64,000 bases of DNA, from NCBI RefSeq assembly GCF_964355755.1, contig NC_092673.1, positions 6,262,001-6,326,000 on the forward strand, in the 5' to 3' direction. Origin of the DNA: Antedon mediterranea. Its lineage: Eukaryota; Animalia; Echinodermata. Below are positions 1 through 14,161 of this stretch, piece after piece (positions within the stretch are counted from its first letter, which is position 1; the number at the start of each line of letters is the position of its first letter). Position numbers and translations under genes: made by a program. Below the pieces are notes generated by a model. The model ran no database searches. It was given only the letters and a program-made list of their open reading frames with translations, and was not told the DNA's origin.

Positions 1-147
1 ATCATTATACACAACATGATAATTTGAAATAGGAAATAAGATAATATGATGTTTGTTATATAAACACATCATTCATTATTAAACATAAATGAAACTAAAT
101 ATTATAAAATTAGTTTTACAAGACAATTCATTTAGTAACATTCTGAT

Positions 148-310
148 TTAATTTGATTTTATTCAGGTTTCAACATAAAATTACAAGACAAAGATTAAAA
201 ATACAAATAGAAACATGCAATGTATTGCACAATAAAGAAGAAAGAAGAAACCTAGAATAGCCCATAAAGTCGAGAAAAAAAACCCCCAACTTATTTCCAA
301 TGGGGTCCTA
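148..310 (-). mobile_element. LINE (L2-like) 3' UTR/tail remnant; similar tails at ~39345-39505 (+) and ~50648-50710 (-)
   Basis: Stem-loop-like GGACCCCATTGGAAATAAG...GGGCTATTCT followed by AATAAA and a short-repeat tail. Confidence 0.4.
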
Positions 311-1254
311 TAACAACATCTTTAAATAAAATTTAAACCAGCAAATTGAGATTATCCTATATTTTTAAAATTCTACAAATATTGACAATCTGGAAGAGAA
401 TAAAACAATTTATTTTGATTATTGACGATATTGTGTAAAAAAACTACCTCCATGTTATTGGGAGTTTAGCAAAAACTAAATGAAAAAGCTGAATTTTTAC
501 CTCATTTGAAAACGAAATGGATCATAAGGCATTTAGCTACGAAAGAGCACGTTCATATGCAAATCAGGATTTCAGAAACTTTACAACGAATAAGGGCCAA
601 ACAGTTTAATGAGAATCATAGATGGAAGGAACTAGGGGCTAAAATTAAATATGCTATCACAGTCTGAGAACAGGTAATTAATAAATTAATTTTGATATAA
701 TGGAGTCAATAGCTGCAAGACGATTTTATCCATTCCATTTGTGTAGAAAAACAATTTCTTATGATTTATGCATACATTTGCTGAATAAATGTGAAAAAAA
801 GTTAGAATTTATACTAAAATTAAAAACTAATATAAAATGTATACATTAAAGAAAATATGGAATTATATATTAATGCGAATTCCATGATAAAATATAGTAT
901 GCATAGTATTGCTATTACTTTAATAGACTGTCTGATAAGTTAAAACATTTCAAACATTAAATCACATTTTTTTATAGTAAAATTTTAGTAAAAAATCTAT
1001 TAAAAAAATAAAATTTATATTAAACCGAAAAATTAAATTGAAGTAAAAGTGAATACAATTACAGATTTGTATTAACTTACAAACGCTAATAGCATTTTTT
1101 ATCGAGTAGTACTAACATGACAACGATTCAAAATATAAGTGTTATTTTTCAAACTTTAGTTATTTTATCATCATGTTATACTACAACAATTTATGTGTGG
1201 TATTCAAACTATAAAAGACTTTAAGTAGCAAAATACAGAATGTGCAACTTTAAA

Positions 1255-1430
1255 CTTTTGAGACAACTAGGACATAGCCAACATAGATGCTTTTGAGACA
1301 ACTAGGACATAGCCAACATAGATGCTTTTGAGACAACTAGGACATAGCCAACATAGATGCTTTTGAGACAACTAGGAAATAGCCAACATAGATGCTTTTG
1401 AGACAACTAGGACATAGCCAACATAGATGC
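1255..1430. repeat. Minisatellite, 35-bp unit x5
   Basis: AGACAACTAGGACATAGCCAACATAGATGCTTTTG at 1261, 1296, 1331, 1366 and 1401. Confidence 0.95.
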
Positions 1431-2122
1431 CAATAAAATATAATACAAAAGAATCATGAAGGAATTGTGCTGGCAAGAGTGATCAGCGGAAATGTCCATG
1501 CCTGGTTCCAATCTAAAATTAATCATTTTCACCAGACCCTTCAAATAAAATTAACCTCTCTTTGGTATATTTTTTCCTCAAAATTTTAATTTTTTGGCAC
1601 GGTGGTCTGTTTTACTGTACCAAAACTAGATACTAAACACTGTAATGCTATATCATCGATTGACCAATGAAATAAGCCAGTTTGAAGGCATACACCCTAC
1701 TCAGTTACACATCAACATTGAACAGATTAGCATGAATGTACTGTATTCTATAACAGTCTTTAGTATGCAAAATTATAATCATTATTTAGTAAGAAATTAA
1801 TGTTCATTTATTGCCATTAACCATAGATTGTATCTTAAACAAATAAGTTTTCTAGCTGATCTTCATAATAGTTCTTTAATTATTTTTTTATGTATTCAAA
1901 TTTTTAACCTATATGGCAGCCACTTTGGAGAGTTTCTATTCCTGATCAGCTCACGGCACTGTCATCTATTGTGTATTGTTTACAATATCCATGGCTAAAG
2001 AATACCTAATAATTATTATTTTATGTACTTAATTTTTTAACCTATATGACAGTTATTGTGGAGAGTTCCTATTCCAGATCACCTCACGTCGCTGTCATCT
2101 ACAATAACAATGTATTGTTAAA

Positions 2123-2723
2123 AGACACCTTCCCTACGTTTTTTAGATCTATTTTAAGATCACAAACTATATTTAATGTAAAAATAATACTATATGGTCC
2201 TATTGCGATAGCTTTTTTCGTCTTTAAATGGTTAAAAATGTGAAAAATAAGTCGATTCTAATAATTATAGCGGCCCGCTATAAATCCCAAAATGCATTGC
2301 GCGCGGATTGATATTTCTGCTTTTCTTCTGTAATTAACCCACTTTTCAATCGATCGCGAGGCCAAAACAAATGGAAGACTCCTAACTTTTCAGCGAAAAT
2401 ACCAGGTTTGGCAAAAATAGAAAGACAATTAATGCAGCAACTACACAACGTCAGACTAGGTATATAGCTAGCGTACGATGTTCGTACGTTACCGATGTTT
2501 ACCAGCTAGGCCTACAAAACTAAGCCTAGCTAGGCTAGGCCTAAAGACCGTCCACGAGAGGTCAGTCGCCGCGAGCTACTTAAGTAGTGCATTGTTTCTT
2601 ATTTTTTATCATAATTTACCATAAAACGTACATTTAAGACAAGGAATGACCTGGTTTAATGTTTTTAAAGTAATATATATGTATTATTTTTACAAAACGT
2701 CACAAATTGTAGGGAAGGTGTCT
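2123..2723. mobile_element. Kolobok-like MITE
   Basis: 15-bp TIR AGACACCTTCCCTAC; TTAA flanks. Confidence 0.72.
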
Positions 2724-3864
2724 TTAATATTATTCATGGCTGAAGAATACTTTATTTTCAGATTTTAGCAAAATGACACCAATTTAACAGAATTGCTTAT
2801 TTGTGTGTGTACACCATATGAATGCATCAACAGTGCACATGTAAAACGTTTTAATTCATAATGAAATCTACTTTATTTTCTTTTTAGTGATTTGATGCAT
2901 CTACAGGAAGAAACTTCAAATCCTTATAGTATGTCATTTAAATCAATTTTACAGATAAAAGTGTGAAAATAAATCTCCTAGACAAATTGATCTTAATCCG
3001 TAGAACCAAATTACTTCACGTTTCAAAGGCCATACTACTGTAGAACAATTTTTTAAATCGTTTGAACTTAAGCTCAGTCTTATACTTACATTTAATCAAT
3101 TTTCTATAAGCACAGACTATATTTTAAATCTTGACGACAAATTGAAATCCATAAATGGTAGAGTGAATCAAAGTTTTATATTCTGGAAACTAGCAAGTGA
3201 TATCTGGGAATTTGAACAAATTCTTACTGTGTGTATTGTGTCAATATGTTTTCTTTTGTTTTATCCATTCCCATTGCACAATACTATCTTTCTATAGGTC
3301 ATCAAATCTCTACATGTCTGCCTATTTATCTCTCAAGCTTTATTTAAATACTAGTGGGTTGCACAGTCTTCAAAATTGGTGGGTGCAGTTTTGGTACTAG
3401 AAAGAACGAGTCCAAGATGACATGGTAAGCCCTCTAATTGAATGGGTACAGGTAGGCCTACTCTTGTTGGATTTTAAACTTCCCCACCCAAAAGAAGTAT
3501 GTTATAGAATTGAATGTTATTTCACAGATCAAACTGCCACAAAGTAAAATAAAAGGAAATCAATATCGCATCTAAAGTCATTTTTTATGTTTCGCAACAG
3601 CAAAGATGGATGACAACCAGACCAGCAAGAAATGAACAAAGCAGGTGGTTATACTAGCAACATTTAAGAATGATCAATTAATAAAAACAACTTCTGATCT
3701 TTGCCATCAGACTGAATGACTACAATTTTTAATTTGTACAGTACCAGAACTTGTCTTTTATAACTGACCATGAAAACCAACAAATCAAAAACATCAACTC
3801 ACACCTAAACTAATTTCACCACAATCCATATGGTCTAAATAGTACTAATAATATATCTGTCAAT

Positions 3865-4334
3865 TTTGGAAATTGGAATGCCACCTCTAGCTTTTGAATT
3901 GAACAAATGGGACTTCAGAATGCATGGCCCTATTATAGTGCAAATCCTAATTAAAGTGGAGTTATTTGTACTCCCTAAGCACATGTATTTAGTACAAACC
4001 CAAATCAGCAAAGTGTCAGCCTTATTCCCTAGATCCTTAGGCCCATGTATAGGTCAGAATATAAATAAACAAGAAGTTTACTCTACAATTTTGCAATAAA
4101 AAAAAGTTTGGACCTTCTCCCTAGACTACTATAAAATAATTGGCTCTATATACATGGGCCTCAGGATCTAGGGAATAAGGCTGACACTTTGCTGATTTGG
4201 GTTTGTACTAAATACATGTGCTTAGGGAGTACAAATATCTCCACATTAATTAGGACTTGCACTAAATAGGGCCATGCATTCTGAAGTCCCATTTGTTCAA
4301 TTCAAAAGCTAGAGGTGGCATTCCAATTTCCAAA
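3865..4334. repeat. Long inverted repeat (fold-back), ~186-bp arms, ~97-bp spacer
   Basis: 3865-4051 is the near-exact reverse complement of 4149-4334. Confidence 0.93.
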
Positions 4335-7083
4335 TACCGGTACTTCCTATGGGTTTGTATTTAGTACAAGACATGAGGGAAAAACCAATAAACTGCAGAA
4401 ACAAATAACCATGTAATTATCAATTTGGAAAAGCTGATTTAACATTGATCCAACAAATTGTCTGACCACAATTCTTGTCATCAGAAAACTCCTAACTATT
4501 AATTTTCTTGTACAATTGTTGCATTAAAACTTTCAATAATTTTGATGGAATTGTTAATTTCACTCTTTACAAATAATCTTCACATTGTTAAATATTTATA
4601 CGACATCTTCTCTACGTTATAAACAAATAATCATTGAAACGTTGGGAAGCATACATGTCACTTATTTTACAATTCTTCTTATCTTTGTTTCGTTCTTGGC
4701 AACACATAAAATCAATAAACGAATGCGGTATCGTTTGAAATAATGTTACTGACGAATAAACATATTTACAGAACATTAAGCTGTACTCACCGTCGTCCGA
4801 GTGAGTACTTTTGATTTTTAATGTCAACGTTTTATTTCTTCTATGAATATAACACAAGATGAGACCTTCTAGTTTGCATATTACATTTTGTGATAAATAT
4901 CAAAACTAGCAAACGTCTATACTAATATCGTCCAAGTTGATTTGTGATCTAAAAATAAAGCGTTTTAGTATGTGCAAAAAGTATTTCTTTTTCCAAGAAT
5001 TTATAATTTATAAATGCTAACAAATTCAATTTTTCCAGAATAAAGAAAGTATGCATACAGTACTGAATGAAATCGAATACAGGAAACCCTCAAATTAAAG
5101 GATCCTTTTAACGGTAACGGTATTTATTCTAATCCTCAATCTTAACTGAAAACTGAGGAAATTCGGATCGCAGTGCAGCTCCTAACCAGATCAGCACACA
5201 GGGAGACAAATTTTTAAAATATTGTTCCAAGTTCTTTTATAGATGAACTAAAAAACCTGTTAAATAATCTTCGTAGCCACGTAACTGCTTGGAAAAAACG
5301 GTTGTCAATAACTATAGAAATCATGTCATACACAATAGCGCCCTCTGTAAATTATTATTTTTTTGTTTTATAGCAGTGCTTACGGCTAAATTTAAGACTC
5401 ATTCGTAATTATAGCCACTGCGTAAAATCATATTCACATTGTACAAAAAGTAGTACAAATTTTTTAATGCACTGTAAAATTTTAAATTGCCAATATTACA
5501 AAATTTTTATTAAGGTAAAATTCTTTGCAATGTTCTCAAGATTTGGTTACATTGTAATGTAGGTCCACTATTTTATGTGGATGAATTTCTTTGATAGATA
5601 GATAGATATAGTTAAATATTACAAGCTTGAGATACACTTTCATATTTTAATAGTAAAAGTACATAGTTATTCTTCGGTTTTGAAATACAAACTATTTTTC
5701 TTAATTAACAAAAATAAATGTGAATCAGTATAAAAAATGGTTGCAATTATAGTTTCAATCACTGAAACATTCCAAAATCAAGAAATGAAATTATAGAATT
5801 TAAAAAATCTGATTCAATAAATAACTTTATTCAAATTCAAAATTAAACATTGTTCATTTGGAATGCAATAATTGTACAAAAATATAGCTAACAGTTCAAC
5901 ATTTTGTCTGAGTAGAAAAATGATTGTTGCTGGATTTGAACTGGCAATCTTTCTTTTATAGGAAAGTACAGTCTACACACTTGACCATATTGAATACTTT
6001 CAAAAGTTTTTAACAAATATGGTTTCTAAATACTAAAATTCAATTATCTGTCAAACTTCAAATAAAGGACAAAATAAAGTTAAAATTATCATTATTCACT
6101 TTTGTGTTGTTTTTAAAAAATGAAAATTTGTTTGTGGTACGTATCTGTAAATCATAGATTGCAAACCAATACATAACATTTTCCCTATTGAATTAACAAA
6201 TAACAGATGATTTTGTTTTTAAAATATGGATTGTATTTTTTGTATGTAGCAATATAGGTTTAAAATGAATGGATAGCCTAGCGGATTGTACAGAAGTCAA
6301 GAGGTTAAATAGCTGTACTCATAGGATACAAGGTGTGAATTGAATTGGCCTAGCTCTAGCCCACCTGGTTCTTTCCCCTAGGATACCAGCAGTGCAACTG
6401 GTTTTCACAGGTTTCCCTGGAGAGGACCACTGTGATCACTGCCATGGCTAGCAGTACTTCTGTGAACTCTCTTAAATGTCTATCTTCTACGATTTAGTGA
6501 CGCATTCATATTTTGTTTTGCAACATTAAATAAAATGACAATAAATATAAATAATATATCATCTGTTTGTAATACTTAAATGCCAATCAACAGAAGCAGT
6601 GGGATATGTGGAATTTGTAGTAATGTTCTCTGCAGCCAATCAGAAAATACAAAATAAATAAATACTGTTTATGTGTGTATTATTAGAATCACAGAGGAAC
6701 AATAAATGTCATCTTTTTGGTAAATGATTATCACCTGCATTGGAAACTATAAAATAAACTCCTGATTATTGTTACAAAAGCAAAAAGGTGTAACCCAACC
6801 CCTAATAAGAAAAAGCCAAAACGAGATTCTTTAGGTTAAACAAATTGTAAAATAATAGAAAAAAATTTAAAAATTAGCATATTGCACCATGCAATAACAA
6901 AATATAAAAGCATTCCTATTCAATAATATATAATAATAATATTAAAAATTGAGTGTTGTTTGACTGTTAAATCTTTATAAATACAGAAATGTATCTCAAA
7001 GAATCACATTCACATTGGCTAATTAGTGACATCTATTTGTATTAAACCAGTGAAGAGAATCACTCTTCCCTGGGGTTACAAAA

Positions 7084-7405
7084 GTTGTGTCTGAATGGTC
7101 AATGGTGGTGTCTGAAATGGTCATTGACCCGGTCAATGTTTGTGTCTTAAAAAGTCAATGGTTGAGTATCTGAATAGTAAATGGTTGTGTTTGAAATGGT
7201 CAATGGTTGTGTCTAAATAGTAAATGGTTCTGTTTGAAATGGTAAATGGTTGTGTCTGAATGGTCAATGGTTGTGTCTGAATGGTCAATGTTTGTGTCTA
7301 AAATGGTCAATGGTTGTTTCTGAAAGTGTCAGCGGTAGTGTCTGAAATGGTCAGAAAATAATATTGTGTCCGAAAGGGTCAGCTGTTGTGCCCACCAGGT
7401 CAGTT
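7084..7405. repeat. Degenerate 21-22-bp minisatellite
   Basis: Repeats of GTCAATGGTTGTGTCTGA(A)ATG. Confidence 0.85.
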
Positions 7406-7883
7406 GTACAGTTATTGTGAAGAAACATTCTTGATCACTTTTAATTACAACTGATTACATCGCATTGCAATGGTACAGTCCAAGTACCTACGTTTTAATG
7501 TGGAAATGATTATAAACACATAACATTCAGCTATAATAATCAATTGAAATGATCAAATTATGCTTAAATCAAATAACTAAAATTACAGTAATCAAAATCT
7601 AAGGCAGCATATTGCATAAGCAATTTGAAAACTGATTGTACATAATGATATTTTTAACTTCATTTATATTTTACATTATATCTCTCCACACATCACAACG
7701 AAAGAGAAAAAAAAATAAAATTAAATGATAAATGCTTTGCTAACTTTTTATAATTTACAGTGATAAATTATTGCTGTCTTTCTCTCTGCACATCAAGTTA
7801 GAAACATAAGTAGCTATACTTAAACCTTAAATGATTGATGTGAAATGCCCACATGTATAGCAACACAGTACAATACCCACTAA

Positions 7884-8968
7884 GGCCCTGTTCAGACCCA
7901 TGGCGTTAGACCGTTTTAGCGTACGACGCTAAAAGAATGTGTGTCTGAACAGTTGGGGATTAGCGTACAACGCGTCGTACAACGGTTGTAGCGTTGTAGT
8001 GGAAAACGGTTGATAGTACCGTTTTAGCGTACGACGCTACTGTAAGTCAACGTTGTATCCAATCAGAACGTTTCCTGTTATGACGCGAAACAAGGTTTGA
8101 CCTAGGCTGACATCTTGTATCGTCAATGTGTGAGATGGATTTCAATAACAAAAAGGCCAGAATAAATAAGGCCTAACTACACTACAAATACAACTATTAC
8201 AAAGGCTACAAACTATTATCATTTGATTACCATTATATTTTCTAACAAATGACATAAATACATGCACCTTGTATTTAAACATAGGGACTACGATCCCATC
8301 CGCTTTTAGGCCTAGCTAGGCCTAGAGCCATTTATTACGCATTTCATTCAAGCTAAAAACTAGCGTGGGACATCAAGTCACTCATTCATACAAGGCAGAC
8401 TAGACTGGACAAGTTTAATGCTGAAAACCCCCTAACTCCTAAAAAAATCAGTAAACAAACAAGGGGAGCTGTGTCCCTTTTATTAGCAAGTTAAGGGTTA
8501 TTTTCAACCGACTGGACCAAAGAATATATATATCTTTGACTGGACTGGATAGACTAATCACAATCATATTTTTCTTCATCATTACGATACGAGGCCTGCT
8601 TTATTTTCGTAACGCAAGAGCCTGGGGAGAATGTTTTTAACTACAAAATAAAAACAATAGAAACAGAAATTTGGCTTTACTATATTTTTCTTAAATAAAT
8701 GCTGAGGTATGTTTTATTTACGGCAAATTTTGTCATAATTGTAGGGCTGAGATCTAGGCCTATATACAGTGGAAATAATGATGAAAACACGTGGGGAAAA
8801 GCACATGAATATGCAACTAGAAACAACCTGGATGACGTACTTCCGTTGTAACGATAATCGTACGCTATGGGTCTGAACACCTCGTTTTTTTCTCTGCGGT
8901 TTGTAACGTGACCTTGATAGTAACGTTGTACGCTAAAACGGTCTAACGCCATGGGTCTGAACAGGGCC
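7884..8968. mobile_element. PIF/Harbinger non-autonomous element (MITE family 1, copy A)
   Basis: ~41-bp perfect TIR GGCCCTGTTCAGACCCATGGCGTTAGACCGTTTTAGCGTAC; TAA target duplication on both sides. Confidence 0.9.
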
Positions 8969-9708
8969 TAAGCTATGATATATACATGAATTTCCTATAT
9001 CATCACATTTGAAAACCCTTCAAGCAATAACGTATAATATAAATCTTAAAGCATGCTTTGAATTTGACCTAATTTTTTTTCTAGAAACGACGAAAAAATA
9101 AGAAATCAATTTTAAAAAGAAGTAGGACTGAAATGTTAATAACTGTTTTATATTTGGTTAATATTTTATTGCAACTTTTTTTTGTATTCAAATGATAAAT
9201 CATGACTGTATATCGCTAGCAGCCACATAAATTGTGTGCGTGTTGATTTTTTAACATAAATTGCCGTACTAGAGTAACATTTTGCTCATGAATTTCTACT
9301 CATATAGTAGATATACTATTACTAAATTAGATATTTCCAGTTAAAAGATAGTATAAAATAAGAATACTTTTCTTTTTTTTGCTGCTTTTTTAATTGTTTA
9401 AAGGAAATTCATGCGAGTTGTGTGGAGAAAGAAGTTGAGAGGGGTAAAGAACAAGCCTATTTTGATCTGGGCCTCAGAGTAATGGTTCTTTGATAAAGAC
9501 ACAATGTTTGTAGATAGGCATTTGATCTTTTTATTGGTAAATACACAGAAATGTACTGTAAACATAGGGTTAACTCCTCTTGAATAACCACTCCACACAA
9601 AAGGGAAGACTAAAGTGGTGGCCGGATTGAATGGTGGCCTGAGTTTAGTGGTGGTCAAAGTGAGTGGTGGCCGAAGTGACAAAAAAAAGTTTGAAGAATT
9701 TTAATTAC

Positions 9709-10350
9709 GGGTCATTCCATCTCAGTTCACCCAAAAAAAAATGGAATTTTAAACCCTACCTCTTCCAATTTTGATGAAATTTGGTATAGGGGTGATTCAT
9801 AACAATTAAAGCCAAAATTTCAAATTTTAACTTTATCGGACCAAAAATACACTAAAAGGAAGAGGTATGTCAACTTCAAATTGTAATTTCATGGAAACAA
9901 AGAAAAAAAACCCTCCAATTTTTTTATATGTTGTAGTTGACACATAGGGCTACATTTTTCGTGATAGTCACCAACAAATCGGGCGTGTTCCACGGGGTCA
10001 ATTTCAAGGTCAAAATATATGTCAAAGTTTTATTCAACTTAAAATTAACATAAAACACACACAATTAGTATATTTAGATTCCTTTTATGGTCTCCCCTTT
10101 ACAAAAATGCCTTTGCTTTTAAAATCGAACCTATAGTTCCCGAGATACAGCTCTTTGAAACGTGGCGGACGCGCCCTTTTTTGCGTAAAAACCGAAAATT
10201 GAAATTGCGATATCTCGAAAACCGTTGGTCCGATAAAGTTAAAATTTGAAATTTTGGCTTTAATTGCTATGAATCACCCATATACCAAATTTCATCAAAA
10301 TTGGAAGAGGTAGGGTTTAACTCATTGGGTGATCTGAGATGGAATGACCC
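9709..10350. mobile_element. Non-autonomous DNA transposon, Sola2-like
   Basis: Long (~130 bp) imperfect TIRs beginning GGGTCATTCCATCTCAG; exact 4-bp TTAC duplication. The superfamily is inferred from the GRG ends and 4-bp TSD. Confidence 0.75.
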
Positions 10351-11380
10351 TTACATGGTACGGTATGTATTGATGATCAAACACTCTCAACTCAATCAAA
10401 TTTTAATCAATATATAAATAATAACATCTGGAATAAAAATAGGGCAGTTGGCAGTGCAGATTTACAATGAAGGAGTGGTCTCTTAATTACATTCCAAACA
10501 TGAATTTCAAATTTAATATAAGTGATTGACAATTGATGCTCAATGGTATGGAAAGAATTATGATAGTGGTATGTTGGGATTTTCCACTAGCCAGTCCCAA
10601 TGCCAGGTAAGATACAGTATAGGTGTATTAGAACTTCATTATATTGTTCTCTCAATTTGGAAAGAAGGGCCAATGTCAGTTTATCCGTATAAGGTAGGCA
10701 CGAAATAGATTTTCTTTAAAGACACTAATTTTTGTTTAAACCAATTTTGGTTGACCGGATAATTTTAATATTTAATATATAATTGCCTGTCACTCATAAT
10801 TTTGTTTTTAAATGTTATTAGAAATAAATAATTATCTAATCTATAATATGAATAATTCAAATGTTATAATTATGAGTTAAAAATACATCGTTCAAAAGTC
10901 GAGTTTGACCTCAAAATGACTTTCAGATTAAGCGCTTTTGAACCAGCTTCTGTTCAGACGAAATAACGGGTAAATAATTTATCATGGATATTAATAGTAC
11001 CATCTATATATTTCTATCCCATTTCAACACAGTTTGTAAAATAAATTAGTGTTAAAAATGAAAATTAGAACTGGCATTATTTATTTATTTTAAACTTCCT
11101 GTGATTTTGGTCAAATTTTGTTTACTTTTTAGCTAAGCTTTTCAACCTAATGCCTATAGTATGCTTCCTTCAGCCCACACAATTACCATTATTTCAACAA
11201 TGAAAACTTTATTATGTAAACCTTGGTTTTCATTTTTAATTGTTATATATGTATTGCATTTAGTGAAATAAAATGAAGCACGTACATTGCCCACCTCGCA
11301 CAAAGACATGTTGTCAGTCAATGATGGTTGCCACTACCTGTACTTAATAATGAGAAATGTATTAAGCAAGACAAGAGAAA

Positions 11381-11534
11381 AAGTAGAATCCCTTCTTTGG
11401 GACAAGCCTCTTTGGGGGACAGCCTCAGTGAGGGGAAACATACACCAACTACAACCAGCCGCTGTTTATGGACATCCCTATTAAAGGGACACTTTGTCTA
11501 AAAGGTAACCCCAATAAATAAACGGGTTCTACTG
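11381..11534. mobile_element. Decayed Tigger/pogo-like MITE (CAGTAGAACC-type ends); relatives at ~14030-14115 and 15509-15598
   Basis: AGTAGAATCC ... GGGTTCTACTG ends with internal GGGACA repeats shared by three loci. Confidence 0.5.
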
Positions 11535-12181
11535 CATTATTTCAATGGATACTGCACATTATAAATCCTTACATTATTATTATTTTTCATACTTCAGCCA
11601 AAACACGCCCAGTGGCTATTATTGGTTAACTGAACTATCTTCTAAAGTACAGTGTAATGCGACAAAGTACTTTGAAATCGCCACTAGATATTAAATGGTG
11701 CATAACATTACATCCATTTAGAATACGCTATCAATTAAGTTCAAACGGCAGCAGGTTTGTCGATGGTCATTATTTATGTTCAAACAATTACTAACTTACA
11801 GAATACAAAGTCTAAGCCGAATCCCTGAGGACATTTTGGTGTTTTCAACCAGTATGTAATCTATTTTTATCAATCGTTCACGAATAACATTCTATCATAG
11901 TGACAACATAATATCCAACCACTTATTCTCAAAGAAATTAGGTAATATTATATATCTAACATAAATATATAAATTAACAGGCGCGGAACAAATTCTAAAG
12001 CACCTGGTTTAGAATTTCTTTCTAACATAAATATATATTTATTACGATATGGAAATATAATTTGTACTGACGTGGACAGTCATAAATAAAAAAACGTTTT
12101 TTATTGTAATTTTTGTTTATGACTGTTCATCTTATATTTTTCAAGGCCTAACTGGTGTAATACTGTAGATGTAAAAATGAA

Positions 12182-12500
12182 TACACAAACCAGAAATGGT
12201 GCTGGTTCTATAAGTGCTGCTTACCTGGATAAACCAGACAATAGCCCTTTTCCACAAAGTGCGAAACAATTACGAAAAGAAGAATTTTACCGAAATTCAC
12301 TTCATAAGAATGGTACAGTCCGCTCTTGTGGGACCACTCCCACGTGTTACCGTGATCATTTCTTTTCGTACTGTCACGAAGACAAGTCACAGAGTTTTGA
12401 GAACGTTCTATATGTCACAAACAAGAGAAGAAAATCGACCTTGAGAAGCTAGCCGAGGCTAAGTTGATCTTATATTGTATAATAGATACGTTGAAAAACG
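12182..12500. mobile_element. DIRS-family fragment: terminus A + ITR + gag-side leader
   Basis: TACACAAACCAGAAATGGTG...CTTACCTGGATAAAC...CCCTTTTCCACAAAGTGCGAAACAATTACGAAAAGAAGA...GTGGGACCACTCCCACGT matches the ITR. It continues with CATTTCTTTTCGTA and GCTAGCCGAGGCTAAGTT, matching the reverse complement of ~59995-60125. Confidence 0.9.
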
Positions 12501-14161
12501 AAAATGAAAATGTTGTTTTCTGTTCATTTGATGCATAGAATCTATGTGAAATAAGTTTATAGGTCCATATTTCCAATAAAAAATACAACACAATGTTAAT
12601 TTCAGTACTACATATTTTAAATAATTATATTTTATAATTTTAACAATTGAGTAGTGATTGGGAAATTTAATGTTGAGTATTGTTTTTCTGTTGAGTATTT
12701 CAAATGTGTTAGTATAGCAATCAGCAAGCTTGAGCTGATTAACCATTTAAATTTAAAAAAAAAGTACTTTTAACTATAAAGTTATAAATGGTTACTCATC
12801 AAGTACGCCAAGTGTAAATACTGTGTCATTAGTTTCTTTAAATACATTGTTCTCATACATGATACAGTAGAGTATGTCAACCAAATTGACATTTAAGACT
12901 GGATATTGGCTGGCTAGATAACTTCAGCAGTACATGCCAGAGAGCATGCTTTAGGCAATTATTTTATACTTAATTTGTACTGACTGGCGCTACACTATAC
13001 TGAATTTGAAGAAATACAAGCGCAAGAATAAAAATCTCAACACTCAGTTTTTGTGACATTATATCAGATGGCAACGATTCATGCCTTTGTCACATTCACA
13101 CATAAGGTTATCAACTAAAAGTTGAAGGTGACAAGTCAAGAAAAGAACAATGACATTAAAATCTAATATATCAATCATAACCATATGATATTAATAAAAT
13201 CAATCATCATCACAATAATTAACTCTTTTAATCAGTAAGGTATCAATGGCACATTTTCAGTAATATTGTAAACATATGATGATAATATGATCAATCATCA
13301 TCATTATTTATTCTTTATTGATTTGCTCTGGGGATTAGATTAAGAAAATGATCAATACTCACTAGCTAATAATATCTAAAGATGTTTTTTTCTTCTATTG
13401 TTGGCCTTCAAAATACTGACATGGTATAGATTACTTGAGAGCAATTGCTTTATGCATCATGGAATGAACTGTTTATTGGTTGGTTTGATCAGGGAGTTGT
13501 ACAACTCCCTGGTTTGGTGGGTATAACAAATTGATGGCATTTTCAATTTCATAATGCCTATGGAATTTAACTGACAGAGTGTAACATATGAAGAAGAAGG
13601 CTCACAGACCTTAATGTCAGTACTGATAGCCCCCTCAATGACACCAAATTCAAAGGTTTGGATAGACCAATTGCAATGTAGTCATGATGATACTGTAGAT
13701 ATAGTAAAATATACTCTCTACACTGTACGTATGTTGGCAGGCATCTGTCATGAACGACAAATGTCAATAGGCAATCATCTTAATATTTGTTTACTGCATG
13801 GAGCAATTAGAGAGATTGTTTCTGGATTTGAGATTGGACTATTCTCAGTGATGAAACATTGCTTTTATTTGTCATTATACAGTAGGTTTGCTGAGCAGGG
13901 CCGTACCAACAGTATAGTTGAAGGTTTCAACCTGACCACCTTTTGCAGCTTGAACAGAGATTGTTCCCTTTTCTTGGGTAAACCACACCACTTTCCTGTG
14001 GCTACATCACTGCTGAGAGAACACATCTTTAAGACACCACTATTCAGGGGCAATCTTATGGGGACACTATTTGTTAGGAACCTAAATGTGTCCTATAATA
14101 GGGTTTCTACTACTGTAAGTAGGTTAAAAAATATTATGTAATATACATTTCGGAACCTGAG

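Noticed and set aside
1255-1430. CRISPR-like 35-bp repeats
   Set aside because: Head-to-tail units with no spacers.
6270-6500. Possible old SINE
   Set aside because: Only vague box-A-like similarity and no second copy in the window.
8680-8952. ORF duplicated at 17695-17898
   Set aside because: Lies within the MITE; no transposase or Myb motifs.
13614-14141. 175-aa plus-strand ORF
   Set aside because: No recognisable domain; it runs into a MITE remnant and contains footprint motifs.
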